This document shows, piece after piece, positions 28,600-42,013 of a stretch of DNA of 64,000 nt. The notes under the pieces were generated by a model, which made no database searches, was not told the origin of the DNA, and was given only the letters and a program-made list of their open reading frames with translations. The first letter of the stretch is position 1, and every line of letters starts with the position of its first letter. Origin of the DNA: Eledone cirrhosa (taxonomy: Eukaryota). The stretch spans positions 247,690,001 through 247,754,000 of the forward strand of contig OZ024740.1 of the NCBI GenBank assembly GCA_964016885.1, read 5' to 3'. Both the position numbers and the translations under genes were made by a program.

Positions 28600-29410
28600 C
28601 CAACTTGTCCTTACACCAACAAGATGCCAGAAGAACATTTTGGACCTAGTATTTAGTAACCACACTATCACTATACATACTATTACAAGGGAAAAATCCT
28701 TCTTTCAGACCATCACATGGTTCTCTGTAACCTGAGATTCCACCAGCCGAAAGCTAATCCTGGGGACACACGCACACATCTCCCCAACATCAAAGCATCT
28801 TGACAGATTTGTGTAGACCCTGTCACAAACATATGTGCAAAAGCCATTTTGTTATTACGAAATAATCTTTTTCATTCAGTTGTTGCTGAGGTGGTGGTGG
28901 TGGTGATGGTGGCCGTATCAGTGGTGTTGGATGAACTCCTTGACATTGTGGCGGTGGAGATGGTGGCTTTAACCCCTGTAGATATTGGCAAAGGTGGGAA
29001 GTCTATGTCCGCACGTGGCAAATTTTGGCGACTGCTATTGCTAGTGGTGCTGCTGCTGTTAGCGAAAACGTTATTGGTTTTGGCAATTGTAGCAAGGTTC
29101 ACAATCGTGGTGGTGGAGGTGGTGGTGGTGGGAGTAGTGTCGATGTCAGAGCCGCTTTCACCTGACAACTTGCTTAATTTGGAAAGGCGTATGACGTCCA
29201 TATTTTTTTTTTTTGTACAAAAAAATTGTTTGACAAAATAAAAGTTTATATTTGGGCGCAAGGCCACAATATTATAGAGTGCCCTTTTCGGAAAGCAATT
29301 TATATGAACTTATAAACAGTTAACAACAAAAGTTTTCCATAACCGGCAATTCAAAACAACTTAAAACAACAAATATTAACGAGCTCACGATAAGACGCTT
29401 TCCCACGTAA
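28600..29410 (-). mobile_element. Possible LINE 5' end or ORF1 fragment (S/T-rich, DFPPLP)
   Basis: The low-complexity ORF 28872-29267 has a DFPPLP motif common in LINE ORF1 proteins and abuts a (TAA)n tract. No catalytic motif. Confidence 0.3.
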
Positions 29411-29415
29411 GTTGC

Positions 29416-29463
<48 letters not shown>

Positions 29464-29465
<2 letters not shown>

Positions 29466-29961
29466 TTTTCTTTATTAACCACAAGGGTTTACATAAAGTA
29501 GACATTAAGGACAGTACAGGACAATACAGGACGGTACAAATGGGCATTTCTGCGTGTAAAAAAACAGAGGTTGAAATAAAATAACAAAGAAAAATTCCCC
29601 AATAGGGGGGAGACTTCCGAGGGACATTTGTGGAGAAAGCCCATTAAAAGACCACAGTGGCCCTGACCACCAGGGCAAGTGCCCTCTCCCAGTTTTCCAC
29701 CTTTAATTTACAGACACATACTCAGAGAAGGCCCATTCATTCGGGCCATACTTGCTTCTCTCACCCATCTTTCAACAAAATGCTGGGAAGAGAGCACTTC
29801 CCTCTCTACTCTGATTTTCCTTTTCAAATGAAATTTGAAAAAGTTAATCAGGGCATCACCGAAGAGGTAAGTGCTCGTCTTCAGCCCTTTCAAACGTGTC
29901 CACCATACTATCTCTTTCGCCATGGCCACCAGACAGATAAAAACTGCCTGCCCTTCCCGGC
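29464..29961 (-). mobile_element. 5'-truncated L1/Tx1-type 3' end inserted in (TAA)n
   Basis: The - strand gives AVFICLVAMAKEIVWWTRLKG...KRKIRVEREVLS...FVERW, a Tx1-like ORF2 C-terminus. The 3' UTR has AATAAA, and (TAA)n lies on both sides. Confidence 0.65.
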
Positions 29962-29997
<36 letters not shown>

Positions 29998-30000
<3 letters not shown>

Positions 30001-33000
30001 AACATGTGTCAGTGAAAACGAGGTAAATTGTAACACTTCGAATCCCAGGGTTGGGGCGGAATCACTGGCAACAGAACAAATTAAGGAAAGGATCGAAAAA
30101 GTGGAGGGAGTGCATGCTCAAGATGAAACTCCAAATGAAAATAATGAGATCGTAAATGATAAAGAAAAGAATGAGAATGAACTTGCCAACTTGAAGGATG
30201 AAATTATGATCGAATGGATGAAAATGAAAGAATCTGACATGGGGCAACGAGACACCCTCCCTAAGATCCAGAACTCCAAACAGAACCAAAAGATAATACA
30301 CAAGACTAACATAATTCTCAAAAACATTATCATCACAAACAAACTAAACATTACTGATTTAAATCATCTCTATTATGCATCGGCTAAAGTCACCACTCAC
30401 TTATGTGGAGTGAAGATGAAAAAACAAAGGAATTCCCATAAGAAATCTACTTGGCAAGAGAACATCAATCGCCAAATAAACCTTCTCCGATCTGACATAG
30501 AAATTTTAACAAACTATAAAGTAGGTGAACATGTTAAACAAACTAAACTTAGAAAATTGAAAAAAAAGTACAGTATAAAATCAACAAGTGACATAGACAT
30601 GCTGATAGAAATAATCAAACAAAAAGTGTCGGCCAAAGCTGCTCGTATAAGGCGCTTTGAAAAACGATCTAGATTCTATAAGGACAATAATATGTTCAAA
30701 AACAACCAAAGAAACTTCTACAGAAAAATTGGTAAGTCAACAATAACTGCTAAATCAATACCACCCAAGGAGGAAGTGCAAGAATTCTTGGAAAAGATCT
30801 GGGCCGAAGAAAAAGTTCATAACATACATGCCCCATGGATAGACAGACAAATGAAAGATACAGCTCACCCTGAGGAACAAATATGGGAAAATATAACAGT
30901 TGAACAGTTGCGCTTGGCTCTAAGAAAAACCAGCAAATGGAAATCCCCAGGAAAAGACAAAATACAAAACTTTTGGATAAATGCCTTCACAGAGTCTCAT
31001 GAGCCCAACTTTACAATGAAATAGTTAAGGAGCCAGAAAAGATACCATCATGGCTAGTTAACGGCATTACATTCCTGCTTCCGAAGAATGATGAGACAAA
31101 CAATCCCAAAAATTACAGACCGATAACTTGCTTGACCACAATGTATAAAATTTTAACATCAGTCCTAACTGAATACATATATGACCACCTGATAACAAAT
31201 GACCTATTTCCCATTGAGCAGAAAGGGTGTAAACGAGGCTCATATGGCTGTAAGGATCAGCTTCTGGTTAACAAAATGATACTGGAAGATTGTCATAATA
31301 GACACAAAAATCTATCGATTGCTTGGATAGATTATAAAAAAGCATTCGATAGTTTGCCACACAGTTGGATTGAAAAATGTTTAGAGATTTTCAAAATATC
31401 CCCCGTTGTCAGGAGGTTTTTGTCATTCAGTATGAAGACATGGAAAACGACACTCCTTTTGAATAGTGAAACAAAATCACTGGAAGCTGGAGAAGTTAAT
31501 ATTAATTGTGGAATTTTTCAGGGTGACTCTTTATCACCGCTTTTATTCTGCATCGCACTTATACCATTAAATAAAATGCTCAATGAAACAAAACATGGAT
31601 ATAAAGTCTATGACAAAACCATTAATCACTTGTTCTACATGGATGACCTGAAACTATTTGCAAAAAATGATGAACAATTGCAAGGGCTATTATCCACTGT
31701 GGAGCAGTTCAGTGATGACATTAAAATGGAGTTTGGACTAGACAAATGCGCCAAAGCAACGTTCACCAGAGGAAAGCTGCTGAAAAGTTCAGACATTAAT
31801 CTTGATCGGGGGAACGTGATAAGAGAACTTGATCAAGAAAAAACTTACAAATATCTAGGTGTTTGTGAAGGAGACGGAATCAAGCACTCGACAATGAGGG
31901 AAAGGATAAGGAAGGAATGTTACCGCAGAGTAAGAGCAATCTTAAGAACGGAATTGAATGCAAGGAATACAATGTCATCAACTGGTCAAGCACAGAGATC
32001 CGTAGGCTCGATACAAAAATTCGAAAACTCTTAACCATGCACAGAATGCATCACCCTAAGGCAGATATAGATAGAATATATCTCCCTAGGAAAGAAGGAG
32101 GACGTTGGTTAATCCAGTTAGACATTGCGTTGAAAACTGCAACAATTGGATTATCTACATATCTATGATTGGATGATCAAACTCGTTTTGAAACACGAAA
32201 GCATCAAAAGATCATATTCCATTACAAAAGATGCACAAAGATACAGTAATGGACTACAAATTTCAGAAGTCCCATTTACTGCTGAAATGGAAAACACAGA
32301 AAAAGCAAAGCAGGTTAAAGTAACTACAAAGAAAGAACTGCTACAGAAACTGGCTAAGAAATGGCAAGAAAAGCCTCTGTATGGAAAATACCCAGAGCGA
32401 GCTAACAATCCTGATGTTGACAAAACTTTAACCCATCAGTGGTTGGCATCCTCTGGACTGAAATCGGAGACTGAAGGACTGATTATATCAGCACAAGATC
32501 AGTGTCTGCCAACAAAAAATTACCAAGCCAACATAATAAAAAATGGATGCAGCCCATTATGCCGTGTATGTAAAAACAACCAGAGACCATTGACCATATA
32601 ATTTCAATGTGCAGTCCTTTAGCTCATACCGAATACCTAAACAGGCATGACAGAGCTGCACAATACATACATTGGATAATGTGTAAGCATTTTGACCTGC
32701 CCCATCAAAAGAATTGGTGGGAGCATCAACCACCTCCCATACTTGAAAAAGATCACATCTCAATCTTGTGGAACTTTAGCATCCAAACAGACCGAAAAAT
32801 AGATGCAAATAGACCTGATATAATATTGAAGGACTTCAAAAAGAGGGTATGCCTGCTAATTGATATGTCTGTTCCAATAGACAAGAATGTATCTATAAAA
32901 ATATTTGAAAATTGAGCAAGTATAAGGACCTGGAGATAGAAATTGGAAAAATGTGGAAATTGAGAACTAAAACAATACCAGTGGTTGTAGGCGTTCTGGG

Positions 33001-33267
33001 AATGATACCTAAGGGGTCTAATGATTACTTATCGCAAATCCCAGGAAACCCGCGTATAGGAGAAATACAAAAGATAGTACTAATGGGAACTGCCCATATA
33101 CTAAGGAAGATTCTGTCAATATAAGTACATCACAAGTCTAAACACTAAAGATGCATGTGTGAGTATGTATGTTCTTTCTTGAACATGGCGGACCTTGTTG
33201 TCTCTTGAGGTCACTGGTTGTGACTTGGTGATAACTCATATGAACATAAAGCAAGATAAATGCAACT

Positions 33268-33303
<36 letters not shown>
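29998..33303 (+). mobile_element. R4/Dong-clade non-LTR retrotransposon A (RT, CCHC, restriction-like endonuclease), 5'-truncated and frameshifted, (TAA)n tail
   Basis: WKSPGKD, NYRPITCL, EQKGC, WIDYKKAFDS, GIFQGDSLSP, YMDD, CRVC...HIISMC, RHD, NRPDII, LIDMSVP, K..KY. Confidence 0.93.
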
Positions 33304-33559
33304 GTGTCCCCACTAAAAGAGTAAGGCATCAAAATATATAAATAGACTGATCTGATGACCCGGTCAAAATCAAAATAAAAAAAACAAAAATCAAAATCAA
33401 AGCAGCACAGCAACAACGAAAAACGTAAAGAAAAGACGAACAGAGAAGGGAGGGGAAAATCTAAGTCAGACATTCAAAGATTGCATTAAAATGAAACTTA
33501 TGCTTATTCTTTTTTGTTTCTTTTTTTATTTCTGCCTGTTTGTTTGTTTGTTTATTTAT

Positions 33560-36500
33560 GTTCGTCTACATCGTGATAGTGCCACACAAAAATCACCGGG
33601 AGTGACGAAATCACCGGAGGCGATGAAATCATCGGTGGTTATGTAACCATACATTCACCAATCCTCGATAAGAGTGTTTAAATGTCGAACCTAAACAGTT
33701 CGAATAACGGTGAAGTGGAGACTAGAATGTCATGTGACAGACTCTCACCCAGCAGGTGCTCCCTGGCTCAGCAGCAGGGACCTGGCTGTCAACCAAATGC
33801 TGCTGGTGTCGGAGGAGGAAGAAGAAGGAAAGGGACCAGAACCAACTGGACGAAAGAATTGAATAGAACTGTTATGCAATGTTACCTGAAGAGTAACCCC
33901 AATGAGAAAGGCTATAGGAAACGGATGCATAACATCTGGAACGAGATTGGTCTATTTAAATTAGATGAACAAAAATTGGCCGGGAAGGCTCGGGTAATGA
34001 GAACTAATGGATGGATAAGCGAGCTGAAACTGGAGGAAATGAACAGAGAGATTAGCTTGGAAATGGAGAGTGGAGAATTCCAGGCAAACGAGCCAGTGGG
34101 AAATGAAGGTGAAGAGGTTGAGAGAACGGAGGAACCATCGGAAGCAGACAATGATCTGAATGCTGAAATAAATAATACCTGAACAGAGATACGGCCAGAG
34201 GAGATGAATGCTGACGGGCTAGGACAAGATTTGGGTGATATCCTAAACTTAGTGGTAGATGAATTGAATAATTATAGTGGGAAACCTATGAACCTAAGAT
34301 TTGTAGACAGGAAAAAGTTAAAAGAAACAAGAGCTAAGGTAAACAAAGTCATCCCATACCTTGAGGCGAGGAGCCTTCACCAGTGCAACAATATCCTCAA
34401 AGCAACAGCAAATACGGTGAGCAAATTACTTGGTATAAAAGCGAGAGGAAACAACAAACAAGTAAGATCAGAACCTTGGTAGAAGAAACGACTGAATGGT
34501 CAAATCAGAGAAATGAGAAATAACATTGGAAAGCTTGAGTAACTACTGAATGGGACACTAAAAAACATAGACACTAAAAATAGACTTGAAATAATGTACA
34601 AAACTAGGAGGAAAAAGCTAAATATTATCATAGAGAAACTGAAGCAACGCATTGTAGCAAAGAGTGCAAAAATTAGGCGATACGAGAGCAGAGTTAGTCA
34701 GTATAGACAGAACCGCATGTTTGACAACAACCAGAAGATGCTGTTTGGACAGCTTGAAGGGAAAGAAAGAGGCAACGACTTGATCCCTGAGGCGGAACAA
34801 ACTAAAACATTCTGGAGAGGAATATGGGAGCAGGATGTTGAACATAATGACCAGGCAGTGTGGATTGAGACAGTACAGAAGGAGATTAGTGAACAGGCAC
34901 ACCAACAAACTGATTTGCGTATCACAGTTGAAACTCTTAAGGGGCAGGCCAAAAAACCAACCAACTGGAGTTCGCCAGGCCCAGATGGTGTGCAGGGGTA
35001 TTGGATTAAAAATATAACATCCCTCCACCCGAAACTGACAACCATATTCAATGACTGCTTGATGTCAGGTGAGGTACCAGAGTGGTTGACAAAAGGTACC
35101 ACAGTTCTGATAATGAAAGACCGAAGCAAGGGTAATGATGTTACCAACTATAGACCTATCACATGCCTGTCCCTAATGTGGAAACTGTTGACAAGCATTA
35201 TGTCTGAGGAAATCTACCATCACCTCCACACAAACAACTTGTTACCAGACGAACAGAAAGGATGCCGAAAGAAGTCCCGTGGTACAAAGGACCAGTTACT
35301 TATTGATAAGATGGTAATGAGGAATTGCAAGAGGAGAATCACTGTTCTTGCCATGGGATGGATAGACTACAAAAAGGCTTGTGACATGGTGCCTCATTCT
35401 TGGATCACCAAAAGCCTAGAGATCTTCAAGGTGGCAGATAACATCAGACAGTTGTTAGGCAAAAGTATGAAGTCCTGGAAAACAGTTGTTGGGCAAAAGT
35501 ATGAAGTCCTGGGAAACAGAGTTAACATCAGCTAGAGAATCCTTGAGAGGCGTGAAGATCAAGAGAGGTATCTTCCAGGGAGATAGTCTGTCCCCTCTGT
35601 TGTTTGTCCTTGCCCTGATACCCCTGATCATTATAGTGCGAAAAGTGAGAGCAGGATACAAGTTGGGAAAGGGAGAGCTTACCATCAATCACCTCCTCTT
35701 CATGGACGATCTTAAGCTCTTCGGGAAGAGTGAGAAGGAGTTGGATGTGCTTGTTGATACTGTCCGTATTTTCAGCAATGATATATGTATGCAATTTGGT
35801 ATTAGTAAATGTGGAGTCCTTGTGATGAAATGGGGTAAATTGAGCAACGGAATCCAGGTACCAACAGGTGAGATGATAAAGGAAATTCACACTGAAGATG
35901 GATACAAGTATTTGGGTGTTCTGGAGGCTGATGACATCAAGAACAAAAAAATGAAGGAATTGATAAGATCTGAATACATTCGGAGATAAGGAGCGTATTA
36001 AATTCACATCTGAACAGTAGGGATGCCATAAGTGAAGTAAATTCCCGAGCTGTGTCTATTATTAGGTACAGTGCGGGAATTCTGAGATGGAATGTTGCTG
36101 AACAAAAAGAAATGGATTGGAAGACTAGGAAGCTATTGACTATCTACAACATGTTCCACAAGAGGAGTGATGTCGATAGACTCTACTTAAGGAGATCTTA
36201 TCAGAATAGAGGACTGTGTTCAGATGGAGAAAAACAACCTACACAAATACGTGACTGATAGTAAGGATCCAATGCTCAGAATTGTACTGAACGAGAGGAC
36301 AATAGACCAGGGGATGTCCAAGGAGGAAATAACAACAAGGAGAAAGAGCAGTCTTCAGGAAAAATCCCTTCATGGTACCTTCTTTGAGAAAACTAAATTC
36401 AGAGATCCACAGACATGAAACTGGTTGAGAAGAGGAGACCTTAAAAAGGCTACAGAAGGAATGCTAATGGCTGCGAAAGAGCAGGCCCTCAAAACGAAGT

Positions 36501-37180
36501 GGTTGAAACACCATATCTACAAGGAGGAGGCTAGCCCACTGTGCAGGATCTGTGGAGAGAGAGAGGAGACTGTGGCTCACATTGTATCCGAGTGTAAACA
36601 CCTAGCCCAGACTCACTATAAAGGCTGGAGACATGATGTGATGGACAGGGTGATCCACTTGCACCTATGCAAAGTAAACAATTTACCACATTCTGAGAAG
36701 TGGTATGAACATAAGCTAGAGTCGGTGATAGAAAACGATCAGGTGAAGGTGCTATGGGATTTTAGGATACAGACGAACAAGTGGTTTTGGACAAGGAAAA
36801 AAGACCGTGCCTGATTGTGGATGTGGCCTGCCCATTCGACACGAGAGTGCAAGAGAAGGAGAGGGAGAAAATTAACCGATACCAGGACTTAAAGTGGGAG
36901 GTAAAAAGGATTTGGAATTGCCATGAGGCCAAAGTGGTCCCGATTGTCATAGGCGCACTAGGTACTATCTCAAAAATTTTCCAGGGATGGTTAAAGAATA
37001 TTGGCCCCGCCACGCTTTTTGGAACACTTCAAAAGGCATGCTTGCTGGGAACAGCAAGAACCCTCCGATACGTCCTGAATATCTGAGGCTGCAGGTAGTG
37101 GCTTGATATTCATTTCAACAAACTTTCCAGTTAACTAACATCAATGATTGAGTCTCAAAGAACAATAATAATAATAATAG
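33560..37180 (+). mobile_element. R4/Dong-clade element B (different family, near full length, inactivated), (TAA)n tail
   Basis: N-terminal WTKELNRTVMQCY...GYRKRM..IW, SPGPDG, GIFQGDSLSP, FMDD, CRICGEREETVAHIVSEC, IVDVACP; several stops and frameshifts. Confidence 0.93.
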
Positions 37181-38724
37181 ACATTAATCTTGATCGGGGG
37201 AACGTGATAAGAGAACTTGATCAAGAGGAAACTTACAAATATCTAGGTGTTTGTGAAGGAGATGGAATCAAGCACTCGACAATGAGGGAAAGGATAAGGA
37301 AGGAATGTTACCGCAGAGTAAGAGCAATCTTAAGAACGGAATTGAATGCAAGGAATAGGATCGATGCCATAAACACGCTTGCCATACCAGTAGTAACCTA
37401 CAGTTACAATGTCATCAACTGGTCAAGCACAGAGATCCGTAGGCTCCATACAAAAATTAGAAAATTCTTAACCATGCACAGAATGCATCACCCTAAGGCA
37501 GATATAGATAGAATATATCTCCCTAGGAAAGAAGGAGGACGTTGGTTAATCCAGTTAGATATTGCTTTGAAAACTGCAACAATTGGATTATCTACATATC
37601 TAAGGGAATCACATGATTGGATGATCAAACTCGTTTTGAAACATGAAGCATCAAAAGATCATACTCCATTACAAAAGATGCACAAAGATACAGTAATGGA
37701 CTACAAATTTCAGAAGTTCCATTTATTGTTGAAATAAAAAACACAGAAAAGTCAAAACAAGTAAAAGTAACTGCAAAGAAAGAACTGCTACAGAAACTGG
37801 CTAAGAAATGGCAAGAAAAGCCTCTGTATGGAAAATAGCCAGAAAGAACTAACAATCCTGATGTTGACAAAACTTTAACAGATCAGTGGTTGGCATCCTC
37901 TGGACTCAAATCGGAGACTGAAGGATTGATTATATCAGCACAAGATCAGTGTCTGCCAACAAAAAATGATCAAGCCAACATCATTAATAATGGGTGCAAC
38001 CCATTATGCCGTGTATGTAAAAACAACCAGAGACCATTGACCATATAATTTCAATGTGCAGTCCTATAGCTCGAACCGAATACCTAAACAGGCATGACAG
38101 AGCTGCACAATACATACATTGGGTAATGTGTAAGCATTTTGACCTGCCCATCAAAAGAATTGGTGGGAGCATCAACCACCTCCCATACTTGAAAAAGATC
38201 ACATCTCAATCTTGTGGAACTTTAACATCCAAACACACAGAAAAATAGATGCAAATAGACCTGATATAATACTGAAGGACTTTAAAAAGAGGGTATGCCT
38301 GCTAATTGATATGTCTGTTCCAATAGACAAGAATGTATCTATAAAAACATTTGAAAATTTGAGCAAGAAAAAAGCCTTGGAGAAAGAAATTGGAAAAATG
38401 TGAAAGTTGAGAACTAAAATAATACCAAATGGTTGTAGGTTCTCTAGTAATGATACCTAAAGGGTCTAATGATTACTTATCCCAAATCTCAGGAAACCCG
38501 CGTATAGAAGAAATACAAAAGATAGTACTAATGGGAACTGCTCATATACGAAGGAAGATTCTGTCAATATAAGTACATCACAAGTTTAAACACCTAAAGA
38601 TACATGTGTGTGTATGTGTGTTCTTTCTTGAACATGGCGCACCTTGTTGTCTCTTGAGGTCACTGGTTGTGACTTGGTGATAACTCGTATGAACATAAAG
38701 CCAGATAAATGAAAAAATAATAAT

Positions 38725-38730
<6 letters not shown>
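37180..38730 (+). mobile_element. R4/Dong element C, 5'-truncated second copy of family A
   Basis: Near-identical to 31791-33270 (gacattaatcttgatcggggg...), ending in (TAA)n then (TA)n. Confidence 0.93.
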
Positions 38731-38793
<63 letters not shown>

Positions 38794-38796
<3 letters not shown>

Positions 38797-39455
38797 TAGC
38801 CGAATTACCCGCGCGTTTCACATATTTTTTTTGTCAGAAAATGATGATTGATTTTAAATCTGTGATATAATTTATGGAGAAAAACTCTGCATTTCAATAT
38901 TACTCAATGTAAAATTTAATGCATGAAAATTTGGAAAATATTTTTTGTAATATATCAAATCAAAATAACATTATTAAATCTTATTCTTATTTTGTTTCTT
39001 GTAAATAATTTTTTTCAAAATATCAATTGAAAACTTTTATGAATAGGCATCATATCTTGTCATTTAGCTATGGTTTACATTTCATATACATCGAAAGGAA
39101 ACATTTTTCAACGGAGGTTAGTGCCTCCGGGGAACCCTAATAGGGAGTTTAACCCCCACTAGGGTGTCTTAATATTATTGAAATTTGCTGAAATTTTGTG
39201 AATAGGCATCATATCTATGCTTTAAATTTCATATAAATCCAAGAAAAAAGATTTTCAGCGGGAGTTTTCAGAGGGGGTTTGTGCCCCCTGGGAACCATTT
39301 GATTAAAGTAAAATATACTTAACCAAGTACCCTGGGAAATGTAGTTTCAGAATATATATGGTTATGGGGGTCTATCTCCAAAAGCATAGGAGGAGTTCGT
39401 GAACAAACAAACAAACAAACAAACAAACAGGAATACAACTTTATATATATATATA
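38794..39455 (-). mobile_element. Non-autonomous Helitron-like element
   Basis: The - strand starts TATATAAAGTTG...(GTTT)n and ends aacgcgcgggtaattcggCTAGT. Confidence 0.55.
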
Positions 39456-39579
39456 TTTTTAATTGCGTTTGAATTATTTTCCCATATCTTACGTTAATTA
39501 TTTTACATTTTGACGTTATAGTCACTTATATATTATGAAATACTGTTGGCTTCTTGCTCAAATTAATTTCTATATTTTC

Positions 39580-39707
<128 letters not shown>

Positions 39708-40004
39708 CAAATATCATTATTAATATTTGAAAAACTCAGATTTACATTTCTTGTATTTCAACCATGTAGAGCGATAAAACTATTTGTTAGTTATTTGACT
39801 ATGGCAAAGCCGGCCATTAATCGCTTGTATACATAAAACTGACTGGCCTATCTGTTGGTATGCAAATCTGGCTGATTAGTGGGTCTGCTAACATGCAGAT
39901 ATGACTGATCAGGCAATCTGCTAATATGCAAATCAGGTCGATCAGTCACTGTATATTCCAGAAAGTATGATATATTTTCACTAGTTCTGACAGGGAATCA
40001 GTAT

Positions 40005-40051
40005 ACGGTACTGATGAAGGGTAATGATCCAGAAACATTAGTGTCTGCCGT
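40005..40051 (+). ncRNA. Type I HHR, canonical core
   Basis: ACGGUA-CUGAUGA-AGGGUaaugAUCCA-GAAA-CAuuagUG-UC-UGCCGU. Confidence 0.8.
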
Positions 40052-40144
40052 TCTGTTGATATGCCAACACAAGAACAAGAATGACGAGGTTGTTCTACTC
40101 ACATGGCTTAAGAGGCTGTTTGCAAACGAATTGGATATTATTAG

Positions 40145-40388
40145 TAATACACTGGGTAATTGATGGCCTTGTGCCACAAGTAGAAACAATTATTAAAGGC
40201 GGTGGATTGGCAGTATCGGTAGAGGGTCGGGCGCCATGCTTTGCAGCAAAGAGTTACGGCCTTTTATGGTCTGAGTTCAAATCCCGCCTAGGTTAACTTT
40301 GCCTTTCATCCTTACGGGGTCGATAAAATAAAGTACCAGTAATGCACTGGTGATTGCTGGCCTTGTGCCAAAAGTAGAAACAATTATT
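40145..40388 (+). mobile_element. SINE 3' fragment followed by a full SINE copy (40198-40388)
   Basis: Matches the SINE consensus. Confidence 0.85.
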
Positions 40389-41535
40389 AATATTCGAAAA
40401 ACTCAGATTTACATTTATATATATATATATACTCATTAAAACAACAACAGAAGGCCGGACTGGAAAATATATATTTCGATGGCCCAGCACTATCATCCAA
40501 TTATGATGCAAGATTAGGTGATTTCATCAGGCGTTATTTGCAGAATTCTATAACAGGATTACTTTGAACCCAAACATAGGATAGAAGATCGAAAAAAAAA
40601 TAGAAGATAGAAAATAGAAAATTCGATCCGGTGACAGCCTGCTAATATGATGTTATGTTGATAGCAGACGGTCCCTGAATGTCATTTGATGCCAGCTTTG
40701 TAATCTGGTAAGCGTGGTGGAGGAGGTATCAAGGAGGAGGTATCGTTTATCAAGTGGCGGGGCTTCTCTGCTGCAAAGATCAAAAGGTATTAATCTATTG
40801 GTCGTCAGTCAAACAAGTTAGTCTACCGTGACCGTATATAAAGAGGAACAGAGCTATTTAAAATTTAGAAATAGAAAAAATTATAATAATATTTCCTAGA
40901 AAATAATAGGGTTTTTAAATAGATATAACAAGAGACACAAAAAGTTATAAAGTTTGTAAGTTTGTATGAATAATTAGAGTTATAAGATTAAGGAATTTTC
41001 AAAACAATAATGTTTATTAGAACTTACAAATACTATGTTGTAAATTTATGTTAAATAAAGGCAGTAATTGTTTAACTTCTAGTGGCCAGGATTTATACAC
41101 TATTGGAAGAATAAGGCATTGATTTATACACTATTGGAAGAATAAGGCGTTGTCAAGCTGTTTCATACATATATATGTGCGCTAGTGCTGAGGGCTAACT
41201 TTTGTGTACTTTATTTTCTACCGACCCGGTAGTCCAGCATACCAGTTAGAAGTTCAAAGTAAATAGGTTACTAGAGACCGAGTATATTCAAAAAGTGAAG
41301 GGAGGGGAAAACTGATTAATTAATTGATTAATCATTTCCAAGCAATCGAGGTATATAAGCAAAGGACCACATGTTGCTAGTCAATGGATTAACGCACCTC
41401 CACAACGCACACATACTGACGAAAATGATATGATGATAGATATATTACATATTCTAGGTTACCTCCATGGCGCTATAAAATATGAGAGAGCGGGTACATA
41501 TAGTCATACTTAGGTAGATAATGGTTTCTTATAGA

Positions 41536-41740
41536 GACACAAGGCCAGCAATTTGGGGGGACGGAAAAGTCGATTAAATCAACCCCAGTGTATTACTGGT
41601 ACTCTATTTTATCGACCTCGTAAGGATGAAAGCAAAGTTTACCTCGGCGAGATTTGAACTCAGATCATAAAGGGCCGTAACTCCATGCTGCAAAGCTTGG
41701 CGTCAGATCCTCTACCGATACTGCTAATCCACCGCCGCCC
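41536..41740 (-). mobile_element. tRNA-derived SINE copy (longer variant with an extra internal block)
   Basis: Matches the SINE consensus plus gggggacggaaaagtcgattaaatcaacccc. Confidence 0.85.
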
Positions 41741-41848
41741 TTATTCTTATGTAGATAATATAAGTGTATAGTTGAAATATATATATATTTATATATATAT
41801 ATAGTGACGAAACATAAGTCAATTGCATGAACTCATAATCCTTTATTT

Positions 41849-41903
41849 ACTGCTATATTATTTCGATGATAGCCATTGAATGGCTATGACCTCATCAGGC
41901 AGT
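41849..41903 (-). ncRNA. Type I HHR, canonical core, in a ~190-bp island between (TA)n tracts
   Basis: ACUGC-CUGAUGA-GGUcAUAGCCAuucaaUGGCUAUcAUC-GAAA-UAAUA-UA-GCAGU. Confidence 0.8.
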
Positions 41904-42013
41904 TAGTCAGTTCTTAGATATGCCAGCTCTGTGTTTATAGTGTTGATGATATCAGAGCCTTGATACCATCAACACTATAAACCTTGATTATATATATATA
42001 TATATACATTTAT

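Noticed and set aside
29657-29997. N-terminal 115 aa of the 455-aa ORF
   Set aside because: It is antisense Tx1 sequence plus (AAT)n read-through fused by chance to the Dong ORF.
40461-40533. HHR-like CUGAUGA...GAAA-UAUAUA-UU on the - strand
   Set aside because: Both core halves are present but helix I cannot be formed; possibly decayed, so not counted.
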